Assembly (NCBI RefSeq): GCF_009914755.1
Contig: NC_060938.1
Source of the DNA: the human T2T-CHM13v2.0 reference genome, Homo sapiens
Strand: one strand, 5' to 3'
Length of the DNA: 64,000 nt
Shown: one piece after another, positions 27,520-41,645 of the stretch
Layout: every line of letters starts with the position of its first letter
Numbering within the stretch: the stretch's first letter is position 1
Made by a program: the position numbers and the translations under genes
The notes under the pieces: generated by a model
What the model was told of the DNA's origin: nothing
Databases searched by the model: none
The model's input: the letters and a program-made list of their open reading frames with translations, nothing else

Positions 27520-29190
27520 AGTGAATAAGTATCCAGCATAAATAACTCTTATAACTCAATAATAAAAGACAGACAACCCAATTAAATGAGAGCAAAGACT
27601 TTAAATAGACATTTCTCTTAAAAAATACATAAAATAGCCAATAAGCACATGAAAAGATTCTCAACATCACTAGTCATTAGGGAAATGCAAATCAAAACCA
27701 CAAGACTTCACCTCACATCCACTAGAAAGACTATAATAAAAAGGACAGACGATTACAAGTGTTAGTGAGGATGTGGAGAAATTCGATCACTCATACACTG
27801 CTGGTGGGAATGTAAGATGGTATAGCTTCTTTGGAAAACAGCTGGACAGTTCCTCAAAATTTTAAACATGGAGTTAGCATGTGACTCAACAATTCCACTC
27901 CTAGGTATGTACTTCAGTGACTCCAATTTACCGACATCCCTAGGCGTCCTGCAATTCAATCCTATTCTGACACAAACTACCAGAGTTAGACTCCACAGCA
28001 GTAAAGGATCAGTCCCACAGGATTGCCCTCACTTCAGATTCCAGTTGCCAAGTCCTGGGTCCCCAGGCTACCTGAACTTCTTTCTGACTTGATTGCAACC
28101 TTGGATCATCCCCTTCTCACGTTTGATAATTCACTAGAATAACTCACAGAACTCAGGAGAACACTTTACTTATATTTACTGGTTTATTATGGAGGATACA
28201 ACTCAGGAACAGCCAAATGGCAGAGACGCATAGAGTAAGGTACTAGGGGAAGGGTGGCGCTTCCACACCCTCTCTGTGTGCCACTCTCCCAGCACCTCCA
28301 CGTGTTCTCTAACCTGGAAACTTTCCAAATCTTGTTGTTCAAGAGTTTTTATAGAACTCAATCTCCAGCCACCCTCCCTGCCCTGGGGGTCAGAGGTCAG
28401 TGGGTGGCACTGAAAGTTCCCACCCCTAGAGCTCACATTTGGTCTTTCCAGTGACCAAAAGATTCTCAACATCACTAGTCATTAGAGAAATGCAAGAGTT
28501 CACATTTGGACTTCACAGTGACCAGCTCCCATCCTGAGGGGACCTGGGGGCCCACCCTGAGTCACCTCTGGTCAAGACACTTCTAACTCAGGAAATCCCA
28601 AGGGTTTTAGGAGCTCTGAGCCAGGAACCACGGACAAAGACCAAATATATTTTTTACTATATCATGATACTCAAGGTAATTGAAAACATGTCCACATAAA
28701 AACTTGTATATGAATGTTCATAACAGCATTATTAGTAATAGCCAAAAAGTGGAAGTAACCCAAATGTCCATCAACTGATAAATGGATAAACAAAATGTGC
28801 TATATGCAATACAATAGGATATTAGTACAGGATAATTAGTCATAAAAAAGAATGATGTACTGAGGCATGCTACAAGGTGGATGAACTTTAAAAACATTAT
28901 GCGAAGTAAAAGAAGACAGATGCAAAAGGCCACATATTTTATGATTCCATTTATATGAAATATCCTGATTACACAAATCCACAGAGTCAGAAAGTACACT
29001 ACTGGTTGCCAGGAGTTGTGGGGTTTTAGTGGTGACTTAATAGTTGAGGTTTCTTTTTGGGATGATAAAAATATTCTGGAATTAGATTCTGTGCTGGTTG
29101 CACAACTCTGTGAATGAATCTAATTAAAACTATTGAATTACACACTTTAAAAAGGTAAATTTTATGGTATGTGAGTTACATCTCAAAAAA
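27520..29190 (+). mobile_element. L1MB-like 3' end, interrupted by a MER21-like LTR
   Basis: ORF2 C-terminal motifs (ccaataagcacatgaaaaga, caattccactcctaggtat) resume after 28666. Confidence 0.85.
27908..28666 (-). mobile_element. MER21-like LTR
   Basis: caattcaatcctattctgacac...ggacaaagaccaaatatat motifs. Confidence 0.75.
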
Positions 29191-29289
29191 AAAGTGACTT
29201 GTTGTTCCCATATAAGAGCAAGCCACCTCAACTTTGTCAGGAGGAGTGTGACCAAAGCTATATGTAGGTTCTCTTCTGTGCAGTAATGG

Positions 29290-29520
29290 CAGGTATAGTG
29301 GTTAAGGCACAGAATACAGAGTCTGGCTCTTTAAGGGGAAAGCTTGGTCTTGGCACTTGTGAACTGTGACTTTGGGTTTCTTGGTTTCTTAGTCTCAGTT
29401 TCCTCATCTGTAAAATGAGAATAGTAATGGTTCTTGCCTCATGGAGTTGTGGGAATTCCCTCAGTTAACACATAGAAATTACTTAGATCAGTGCCTAGAC
29501 CACTATGTACTTGGAATATA
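29290..29520 (+). mobile_element. MIR
   Basis: tctcagtttcctcatctgtaaaatgaga core. Confidence 0.8.
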
Positions 29521-29656
29521 ACAGATTCCCACATCTTGCTTCCTTTGATAGACTAGAACTCGATACTTTTCTCATGAAGTGAATCTTTGTCTAGTTTTCT
29601 AATACTTTTTGAAATATGTGTGGGGTTTAAGTAGTTTATTTGAAATCCTTAGTTTT

Positions 29657-29952
29657 TTAATTAATTAATTTATTTATTTAGAGACAGGGTCTCACTTTGT
29701 CACCCAGGCTGCATGCATTGGTGTAATCATGGCTCACTGTAATCTCGAACTCCTGGGCTCAAGTGACTCTCCTGCCTCAGGAGGATCCTCAGTAGCTCGG
29801 ACTACAGGCATGCGCCACCATGCCCAGCTAATTAAAAAAAATTTTTTTTTTAGAGATCAGGTCTCAGTATGTTGCCCAGGCTGTTCTCAAACTCCTTCCG
29901 CCTCAGCCTCCCAAAGCACTGTGATTACAGGTGTGAGGTACCATGCCCAGCA
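29657..29952 (-). mobile_element. AluJ
   Basis: J diagnostics; TSD ga(a/g)atccttagtttt. Confidence 0.88.
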
Positions 29953-32125
29953 GAGATCCTTAGTTTTAAAATACTTTGCAGCAGCATTCTTCACACGTCT
30001 GTGGAGTTAAGATGCTTGCATTCATTGGTTCCTATTCAAAAAGTAAGAGAAGGAAATCTTGGAGTTACAAAATGGAGAGAGATGGTGAATTCAGATCTGG
30101 GCATCCTGAATGTGAGGGAGTTGAGATACATATCCAAGTGGAGATGCCAGCGAGCTTTAGGGTTCAATGCAAAATGTTTGATTAGTGGCTATGACCTCAA
30201 TAACAAAAAATGTGAACTTCTGACATTTTGAAATACATTTTAACCAAAATAGTATTTAGTGTGGTACAATGGACTTGAGAGTTAAACAGCGTTCAAGCCC
30301 TGCCTTTGTCAAGCTATATGATTCTAGGCCATCACTCAACCCCTTGAAAATAATAATAGCAATCTCAAAATGTTGTGTTAATGTCACATCAAATAATGAA
30401 TGGCAAGTAAACAAGAATTGAGGGTATTCTAAATATTAGAAGCCTTCATTTTCTTTTTAGCTTGATAGTATTTAAAAATATATGGGAAATATTTATGTAC
30501 TGATTTGACAATACCAACAGTTTTAGTAAGAGTCTTTATATCTAAATGTCAAGAGCTTACTATCAGTTCAAACTTTTCCACACTTTTTTTTTATATATAT
30601 TTAGTGACCAGAGCAACCAGAAATCCATGTCCTAGTTCAGGTGTAAATATGCCATTTTTGAACCATTGTTTATCGAGCTTGGTGAGGCCAGTCTGGAAAT
30701 TCAGTGTTCACACAAGTTCCTACATTCCATATTTCTTGATTCTTTAAGTAAAAAGTAGAGCAAATTCTATTTAATACTGAATAATGTTTTAGTTCCATCA
30801 ATGATAGATTCACTTCCATAATGGCAGAAGGTAGCCGGATGACACAAGGTAGTGTGTAAACATCATTCAGCTTCATACTGCATTGATTATGTGCTGAAAG
30901 CTGTTTATCATATTTCCTTGCTAAGTCTTGGCTAGATGACTGATGGTCAATAAAATCAATAATAGCTGTTTGTTAAAAGCACCATAGATTTATCTGTGCC
31001 ATGTTAGACTTACTAGATTGGATGAATGTCCAGTTTTACATTTGATTTTATGTGACTAATGCTCTTGGGATAACATTATTCCAAGATAATGGGACAGCAT
31101 AAGTGACACCATTTTATTAGTTTTATGAATTGATGCACTTCATGATTGCATAAATATCAGCAGTGCTAGGTAATGGACTATATATATCTAGTAAAGTCAG
31201 CTGTTGATTTTTGTTTGCACTGATGAAAAGAAACTAAAGTACAGACAATCAAAAGAGGTAGATTATGTCATAGAGTAATTTGGCTTTGGATGAGCTGGGC
31301 TTACAGTTGAGCCTGTGTATATTTGACCATCCAAGATTTTGCCCTCTACAAAATCACAAAGCCTGTTATAAAGACCTGCTCTAGACAGAAAGTGTTTAAT
31401 TCCCTATATTGCCATTTACTCCTCTCTGCAACCTGCTTTGTTCAGAGACTAATAATGCCTTAGACTGATAGACAGCGCAGGCCAGAACAGTGTTATTCTC
31501 TCAGGCTCTCCTGGAGCATGGGAGTAAGTGATGAATATTTGGTGCCACACAGTTACTTCTTAAAGTGCAGGCTGCAAGCAAAGTAAGAGTAAGAGGAGAT
31601 GAGCAAAAACCTCAATAAAACTGACTGATGCTACCCAGCTAGAAAGTCAGTGTCACATGAATAAATCAGCGGTGGATGAGAATTAACCATCTACATGTAC
31701 TCCTGACAGAAGGTGGCTATTCCCGCACCAAAGAATAATGTTTAGCATTCTATTTCCAAAGCCAGCTCTTTAAAAGGGACAGTTTCTTCTTTGATCAGAA
31801 CTGTTAGTATAAAACACGCAGTTCTGCTTCTATGCAAGGCTATGAAAAACAGTTTTATTTGGCAGTGTTTAAATCCATTCTTAAACGATATCCTCCTCGG
31901 TTCACATATTCCTTTTTATATGGTGAAAGGTGGATCAGCTTTCTATTCTGAACTGGAATACGCATATTTTCTTTTAACCACATAGGCAAAAGGTACAAGA
32001 AAAAACTGAAAGTAAACAGATACTTGCTTACAGATTTAAACATGTTTTGTGTTTTCAAAAATGGACTTATAAATGTTTAGATGTGTAGAAATAAAGATAC
32101 TTAAAATGCCTATGGATTTTTATTT

Positions 32126-32211
32126 TTAAAATCTACTTATTAGTTTATGGTTTTTTTGGTCTGTAATTATTAAAATCTACTTATTAGTTTATGGTTTTTA
32201 TGTCTGTAAAT
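32126..32211 (+). repeat. ~44-bp tandem duplication
   Basis: ttaaaatctacttattagtttatggttttt...gtctgtaa occurs twice (32126 and 32170). Confidence 0.9.
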
Positions 32212-32619
32212 TTTGGGATGCATTATTTTGTTAGAAGAGAGACAATGCTCCATGGTTGAGCTGGTAAAATCTTACTGTCTATTTGTTACTTAGTTCTGAC
32301 AGAGAAGCAGGATGAACCCCATCTCTGTCAGGTAAGGTAATTATATAGGTAAGGTAATTAGGCCTATACCTCCGATGATCTGGTCTGTGGAATATTCAAC
32401 ATACTTGTCACCTCTTTCCTCATGCACCACAATTTCTTTTCTAAATTTATTTTGTCACAAGGAATCTTAGGAGAAAAATGACTCAATTTCTCAGTAATTT
32501 TCATATACGAGAACTAAAGGAGTCCAGCTATTTGTTATGTCATTGAAGTTTGTAAGTTCATAAAACTGTGCTTTATAGGTATGCTTCCTGGGCTTATCAG
32601 AAAGTAGAACAGAACAGCA

Positions 32620-32820
32620 GTTAAACATGTGAGTTGTAGAGTCAGACAGCCAGGATTCAAACTCTGACCCTGCCAATTACAACGGGTGTGACTTCATAAT
32701 CTTCCTGTGTTCCAGTTTTCTCACAGGAAGATGTGTGGATTATGAAGATTAAATGAGAAAATGCTGTAAAAATCTTTAGAGCAGTGCCTGCATGTAGTAA
32801 GTGCCCAGTACATTTTAGCA
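32620..32820 (+). mobile_element. MIR
   Basis: ggattcaaactctgac...gaagattaaatgaga...agagcagtgcctg. Confidence 0.7.
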
Positions 32821-35800
32821 AAAAGTATAAAATACAGGCTTTCAAATTTAATGATTACTGTCAGGCTAATTTGAGAAATTTAAAATACCGGGTTATATTG
32901 CTAGTTATTAGTCTTCCTCTACTGATTATTTTCTTCATTGAACCAACCTTTATCTAACTTCTACTAAGTACAGAAACGGAGTAAAAGAAGATAGATAAGA
33001 AACAGTCTATGGAATTGAGTTATTAGGGTTCAGTGGAAGATTTCTCACAGAAGCAATTATAATACAGTGGGAGGATGCTCAGGGTTAGAATACAGATATG
33101 GACGCTATGGAGGAGGGTGAGCTGAACAGGTGACAGGGCTGGGAAGAGAGTCTGGGACCAAACTGTGAAGAGGAAGGGGACTGAAATGACCAGATCTGTT
33201 TCAGACAATCAGGTACAAGCAGGAATTGAAACCACGGAGTGGATGAGTTTCTTGAGACAGGCGTGTTGAGGAGGGGGGAAAAGTAAATGATGTTTATTTA
33301 TTCATGACTAGACACTCAAAAAAAGTTTTCTTGCTTTTGCAGCTTAAAATGAATCAGCCAAAATGAAGAAAACTCCCTCTCTACAGTTATTTAATAAAAA
33401 AGTGTCTGCAATTAAACACAGCTGGGGTGGGGGGAGGTGGCGGGCACTGCTGGTGCAGGTGTAACTCTGGTAGGTGGGGTAGCAGCATCAGGTTCCCGGT
33501 TGGCAGGCTGGTCTGGTCCACAGCTGTGGAGGCTGACTCATCTCAACTGGGTGTGGCCAGGTTAGTTGGTCTGGTGATCTGAAGGTTTGGTCTAAGAAAC
33601 TGGGGGAGGGCAAGCGTAGTGGACAGGAAGGGAGGGGCTCTATGGAGAAAGTCAGAGGGTGTCAAGGAGAAGATAGCTAAGCAGGCAGATGGGATTGTGA
33701 CTAGACCCATGGCCAACATGCTGCACTTTAGGCCTGGATAGTTTAAAAAGAAGGCAAAACCAGGGCCAAACAAAAGTGAAATGATGTCATGATGATTTCC
33801 CTGACACAGATGCAGTTAGAAAAAAGAAAACCTGCTGTTAGATATATTTTGCTTAGGTTTCTTGGGTAATCTCACTTGGAGTTAGGTCTCAGTTTAGGAT
33901 AGGGGCCCAGTTTAGGGTTGTGAGAACACCCCAGGGGAATGATCTTGGCTTTGAGATGTCCTTTGGGCTGAATTAGATATGCTGCTTAACAAAACCTAGA
34001 TGGTCTCTGATAGTGTAGGTACACTGTGGTGGCCATTTTATAGATAACTCTTGTTCTAAGGTTAAAAATTGACCCAAAATGTCAATATAAAAATATTAGC
34101 AAAACCTGGAATGCATTAAACAAGCATTTACTTCATAAGTTGTTATGCTATGTTGTCCCCAGAGCAATATTAAAGTTTTAAGCTTTTCATATTGTCTTTT
34201 TCTGCTCATCAAAAGTATCTTTAAAACAATCTATTTTTGTATACCACAGATTAATGAAAAACTCAATTAGACCAGTCATTTGGTATCATGTATACAAAAC
34301 CTAAAAGTAGTCTAAAGTAGAATGAAGTGGTGGTTTTTAAAATTATATTACATTAATATTCCTCATGCCTAAAATCATTTTTTGAGTTATTTACAATAGA
34401 AAGGGGGACAACATGTATTCCAGTCCATACATATAAATACTACAAAACTTATGTTAATTATTTTTACCTCTTTGACTTTTAATGTTTAAAAAATAAAATA
34501 AATTTAACTTTTAACATTTGCTTTAAGAATTAATGCAAGATTTAAGATTTAAGGATAGGTTTGCTGCAGGCATAGTTTTAGGTATTCTAATCTACATAGA
34601 CAAGAAATGAATAACAATTACTTACTAACTTATTCACTAATAACTACCTGAACTAGTGTTCTCCAAACTTGTGTGGCACTCTAACAGAGTTTCCAAAGTT
34701 AGACAAATTTGGAAAATGCTACATTGAATCAAGTGGCTTTGTTTGTTGCAGGATGTGTATACATAGGCATATTGATACAATATACAATGTGAACTACCTG
34801 CAGCCTGTTCAGAATGGAGAGTCTCAAACTTATTTAACTATGGAAAACTCGTGGGAGCAGAGTTTGAGAAATGCTGACCTAGAGTATAGATAAAACAAAA
34901 AGAATTGTGGAGTGCTCATACATATCTTCAGAGGTTTTCTTGCCTTTGAAAACAAACAAATCAATTATTGGCAGAAGTTCGATTTCAGGACCTCCCTGTC
35001 TGGCCTAATGTTCTTAAAAGTGTCATCACTACATACATGGAGTAATTTCGAGTTGGTAAAAAAAAAAAAAAATCTCTTCGGCCTCTTTGTGAAAAACCTC
35101 ACAATAAAAATAACTGAAGAAAATAACCAAAAGGCTAATAAAAGCTACCTAGTGGTGAATGGGTAGATAACATTGAATATGATATGATTTCTGCTTCATT
35201 GAATCAAAAACCGCCCCTCTATTTGTATTTATGGCATCAGAATGCAGCCTTCTAAACACAATATTCTAAAGACAATATCTAGGATGAATAAAAATTAGAA
35301 TCTTAAAGTATTTACATGTGTTAATTCATATGCTTTTGTAAGTCAGGACTTCTTGGTTGCAAGTGGCAGGAAACCAACACAAACAAGCTAAAGCAAAGAA
35401 AAAAAAAAAAGACTCTCAGTGGACACTGACATGAATAAGTAAGAAATTAGATGCCATTATAATTCACTGAGATTCGAAGATTTGTTACTGGAGCATAGTC
35501 CAACCTGACTGATGCTGAGAGTGAACTTAGTTTCTAGCTTTATAGTTCCATTCTCCTTGTGAGTTGATTTTATTTCACTTCCCATGAAATCCTCTGAGAT
35601 CACCTAAGTGGGTTTCTGATCCTTTCAATGAATAATCCCTGATAAAACTGATAAACAAATGATATTTATTTATAACTATTTGATTCTTAAACATTTATCT
35701 TGTTATAGGTTCTTCTATCCTTCTGTAGGCCAAAGTTAAGTTGTATGTGTATATACACTTTGAAAAGTCCACCAACTTGTTTAGGTGAGGAAAGTGCAAT

Positions 35801-37011
35801 TTATCATACTGATGGTAAGGACAAATGTTCCCTGTACATTATTTTCATTACACAAGAACAGATGGCTGTGATAATTGTCTCTTACTTTATGCAAACTGTG
35901 ATTTGACCTGAAACTCCAATTAATAGCATCTTTTCATGGCATATACAGGAGAAACAATTTCTGCTACTTCAAACTGGTAACAATATCTTTATTGGAGAAT
36001 CTGAAAAAAACGGAGCCTTATCAGCTATTTCAGCTTACTTAGAGAAAAACAGAATACTTTTGTTTAATATATAAATCTTTGTATAGTATTCTTATTTCTT
36101 GAGCTTAATTCAACTGAATATTCTCTCTGGACCCATGAGGAAGAGTCTCACTCTTTTAGGCCACCTTTCAGAGCAGCTTTGGACTGTACCTTATGCTCTG
36201 AAAAGGATCCAGAAAAGTACCCCAAGTTGGGGGATGAGATTTTTACGCAGTAATTGTTGACTGGTGAGACATTGACTCTGTTTGACATGAATGTTTATGG
36301 TTGTGTTGAACTGAAATTAGTAAATTATAAACATTTAATTTACCTTATCAAAATCCTTTCACAATTGTAATTTTAACTCCCTTATATCTTTGTAGGTGGG
36401 AAGTACAGACAGGTGATGATACTTGCAAAAAGTTTCCTGCAAGTAAGTGGCAGCATTGGTTCTATAACCTGGATCTCCTGTTATCTAGTTCTTTCCATTA
36501 TGCCTGGGTACAAAGAGGAATAACTGTCTTCTCTGTAACATTTTCCTTAATATCTGTAAAAATGTTTACATGGCACACAGAATGTTCTAATTGTACTAGA
36601 AGTAAATCAAAAGAAATGTAAAAACATGAACATATGCTGCCTGTTACATCTACCACAGGAATATATAGACTATATTGTGTTTACTGCTGACATATAGTTA
36701 ACTGAATATCATTTTAGTGGCATTATATAACACATTTTGCTACATAAATATTTAATGAGATGCCACCATAAAGCTAAGCAGATATTTTTCTCCAGGATAT
36801 TTTAGAATTGAAGGCATATTAACTGACAGTTTATTTTAAAATATTGTTTAAATTGCAAATTTTCATTTATAAAAACAAAGGTAAGAGAAAAATAACATTT
36901 GAGACAAGATTAAGAATGAATAGTGTTTAGAATAGAAAGGAAAAGAAAATCTTTGCTCAGTAGCATGAACACAGAATAATTGTTACAAATATGTTACTGA
37001 TTCAGTGACTT

Positions 37012-37305
<294 letters not shown>

Positions 37306-39179
37306 CTGATTCAGTGACTATTGAAACCCCAGGAATTCAAGGATAATATCAGGATTTAGGAATGTGAACTGCTTAAAATCACAAAGTAATAGTAGTGGTT
37401 TCTATTGCCCATTTTAAAGTATCTACAAAATCACTTTTTTGGTGTTATAATTCTTTTAACAAGTACGTTGAATAAAGGAATATAGTTAAGTACTGGCACT
37501 AAATAAAAACTGCTACCAAATATTTGACTTATAAGACCATTATTATTATTATTATTATTCATGTGTTATTATTTTTCATGGAGTTTTGAAGACCAAAAAT
37601 ATCTGAAAAACATTTTAATCTGGCCAGTTGAAAACTAGTGAATTTCAACCAGATGTTTTTAATACCACTTTAAAAATAAACTGCAGCCATTTTATTATAT
37701 CTTGAGTGTGTAAGATGATGATTTATGCCTGTGGGAAATACTTATCTGCAGGACTTGCTTTATCAGTAGAAATGACTAATATGATAGAATATGAATGACA
37801 ACTTTTCAGGTCTAGTAATAACCTGTGTTGATAACTAACTGCCCAATTTTGGAAACCTAGTTAGTATAGTTCTTTGCTGTCCTATTTTTGCAGGGCATAG
37901 AAATTCTGGCCCATGGGCTTTTGTGGAGATAGAAGTACCATTAACTAAAACATAAACTATATGAGAAAACTGGCTGCTAACACATTAACTTCCTTATTAA
38001 GTAAATAAGGTGGGGGAGTAATGTTTGTTGTTCATCTAACAGATGACAAGTGAATGTTAAAATCTGTCATCCTTCTGTCTTATTTTTTTTCTTGGCAGTT
38101 TAGTAATCCTCATATTGACTGAACAAAAATTATGTGTCCTTACTGTTTTGGAAAAAATGTGCAAAAGATCAGAGAATAAATGGTCTTCTAGCCTACTTAT
38201 GTCATGTTTCAAGGGTTTTAACATTCTTTTTTGGCAGGTAGATATCTAAATCTCAACCCAGGCAGCACCAATGTCTGTCTACTCATAATTTCTATTGCCA
38301 ATAAAACAAATGATTTAACATTTCAAATTGACATGGGGCTTGACAGAGATTTAAAGGTTTCTTTTGGTCTTAATAGATCAAGGATAGGCTTGTCATAAAA
38401 AAAATAATAATGTTGTGGTTTACCCATCCTAATTACCTTGTGGCTCTAAATTCTTTTTCCTGACAGAGTGATTAATTTTTTAGTTCCAAGGATACTTTGT
38501 AGGGCAATTCAACATGGACTATAATTAGCAGTTTAAAAGTGAAATCAAAATATGAATAAAAAACTAGCTGTGAACTCAAGTTTTGAAAACTTTCAAAATT
38601 AAATGTCATTTTCAAAAATTTAAATTCGACTGTTCTGAAAACAGTGGTGTGTGCCCAGTTAGGCTTCAATTTGTGCTAAATGAAATCCCCATCAGTACTA
38701 ATATGATTTAATAGGTTATATGTGAGAATAGAATGACTGTAAACATGGATCACATTCAACCGGGTTAAGGAGTTGAGAAAACTTTCACTGATTGCTGAAA
38801 ATTAATGACATTTTTTTCTTGCTGTAAACAAAATATCAATGTTCCAGCCTTAACTCCACAGTTGGCCACTTGCAAAAGCTACCCTTTCTAGTCTCCAAGG
38901 AATTCTGGGAGACTCTGAGCAAGGCCACAGCTGAGGCCTGGACACTATCTTCACTGCTCCATCTCATCCTTGGGTATGCAACTCAGTGATGTAAAGAAAA
39001 GCTCCTTCCAACCATCCTGAATCCCTGCCCTGCACTCCACAGCCCCAACTAAATGGATCATTTAAAAAATGAAAAGCAAATTCATGCACATCTCCTCAAG
39101 AGTTGCTCCCTTCCTTCTAAGCAGTGTGGGCATATTATAAGGATCTTCTTCCTCATGAGGCTTATTTCGTTTATGTCTG

Positions 39180-39600
39180 TGTGTGTACAGGGAGCAATAG
39201 ATAAATACAAAAAATAACATAATTAAAATATATAGCATGCCACACAGGGATAAATACTACTGAGGAAAATAAAGCTGAGAGGGAACTAGCGGGTGTCTGG
39301 GTGGGTGGCGCTGCAAAGATGATACCTGAGCAAAGAGCTGAAGGATGCAGGTAAGTGACCCATTCGGATCTCAGGTAACTGGGGAAGAGAGCTTCAGGCT
39401 GAATGAACACCAAATGCAAAGGCCCTGGAGTAGGGAGGTGCCTGGCGTCGTTTGAGGAACAGTAAGAAGCAGTGTGGCTGGAGCAGAGGGAGTAAGTGGG
39501 AGGCAATGAGGTCGAAGGGGCCAAAATGGAAGAGGTCATGTAGGACAGGCTGAGAAGCGTGGGAAAAATTGGAGGGTTTTGAGCAGAGGAGTGGCACGAC
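39180..39600 (-). mobile_element. L2 fragment
   Basis: caaatgcaaaggccctggag...gtgtggctggagcagag...ttggagggttttgagcag. Confidence 0.7.
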
Positions 39601-40502
39601 AGAATATGTTGCTAAAGCCTCTTCGTGTCTAGCCATGGTGGAAATATCATCAAAAGAGACTGGAAAGATAAATCTGGTAACAGGTGTCCCAAAGTTTGCA
39701 CATATAACTACTGAAAGAGAAAAGGGCTTGAATTCCGGAGAAGTGGGTGTGTGTATAGTTGGGAGGAGAAGGTTTCCCTAGGAGATGCACCTGTCTGGCT
39801 TCCAGGCCGCGACTGCGCAAACTCCGGTCCTGACACTCTAGTCTCAGGTCCCAACTCCGGAAGGGTTCAGGCCCAAGCCTGCACGTCGCGTTGCCATGGC
39901 GACCGCTGGCTGCCCTCTCCGCTCTGTCTTTTGAGCACGTGGCACCAGGACCCCGCGTTCTCTCCAGCTCGAGAGCCAGGTCTGGCCCAGAGCCGGGCTC
40001 ATCAGTATTCCGCCTGCGGCGTCTCCCCGACCCTCCGCCGTGCCTCACCAGGTCCGCCTATCCAGCAGCGACAGACTCCCGCCGTCCGCGCGACCCCACC
40101 GCCCCCATCCCAGTCCCTCCCCGAGGGTTCGCAGCCCGCCCTGCCCTCGAGCGTGCCTAGCGGCCCTGGGCACTGGCGCGGCTCTACCCAGCTATGCAGT
40201 GCTTTCCCACACACTGGCCGCGGCCACTGGCTGCAGACCCGCCGCGGAAAGGGGGCGCCCTGAGTCCCGCTCGCAGGCAGCGCGCCCCGAGAGACCCGCT
40301 CTAAGGCATCCCCGCAACAACTCTGTGGGGGCATTCAACTCCCCCGTGCGCCGGTTAAGATTCCCCCATGCCTCCTGCAATGCACCAGACCAGGGAGGTA
40401 AACATCGAAGGCACCTGCATTGCGCCCCCACTGGGATGCGCTGTGCGCAAGAGACGGGGACCGTCTGCTGCAAAACCGGATGATCGGAGACGCAGGGAGT
40501 TA

Positions 40503-41504
<1,002 letters not shown>

Positions 41505-41574
41505 CTAGCTCTGTGAGCCGCAGCCGCGTAGCCGCCGCGCCGCGCGCCAGCCCGGACCGCCCCTACCTGCCCTC

Positions 41575-41645
41575 CTAGTCCCGCCCCGGCCCATGAGCAG
41601 CGGCCCATTGGGCGGGGGGCAAGAGATCGAAGCTCTCATTGGCCA
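41575..41645 (-). promoter_or_regulatory. TRIM9: Proximal promoter: two CCAAT boxes (41607-41611, 41638-41642) and GC boxes (~41580-41588, ~41610-41618)
   Basis: ATTGG occurs twice on the plus strand (CCAAT on minus), 31 bp apart, interleaved with GGGCGG motifs ~230-295 bp upstream of the ATG. No TATA box seen. Confidence 0.65.
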
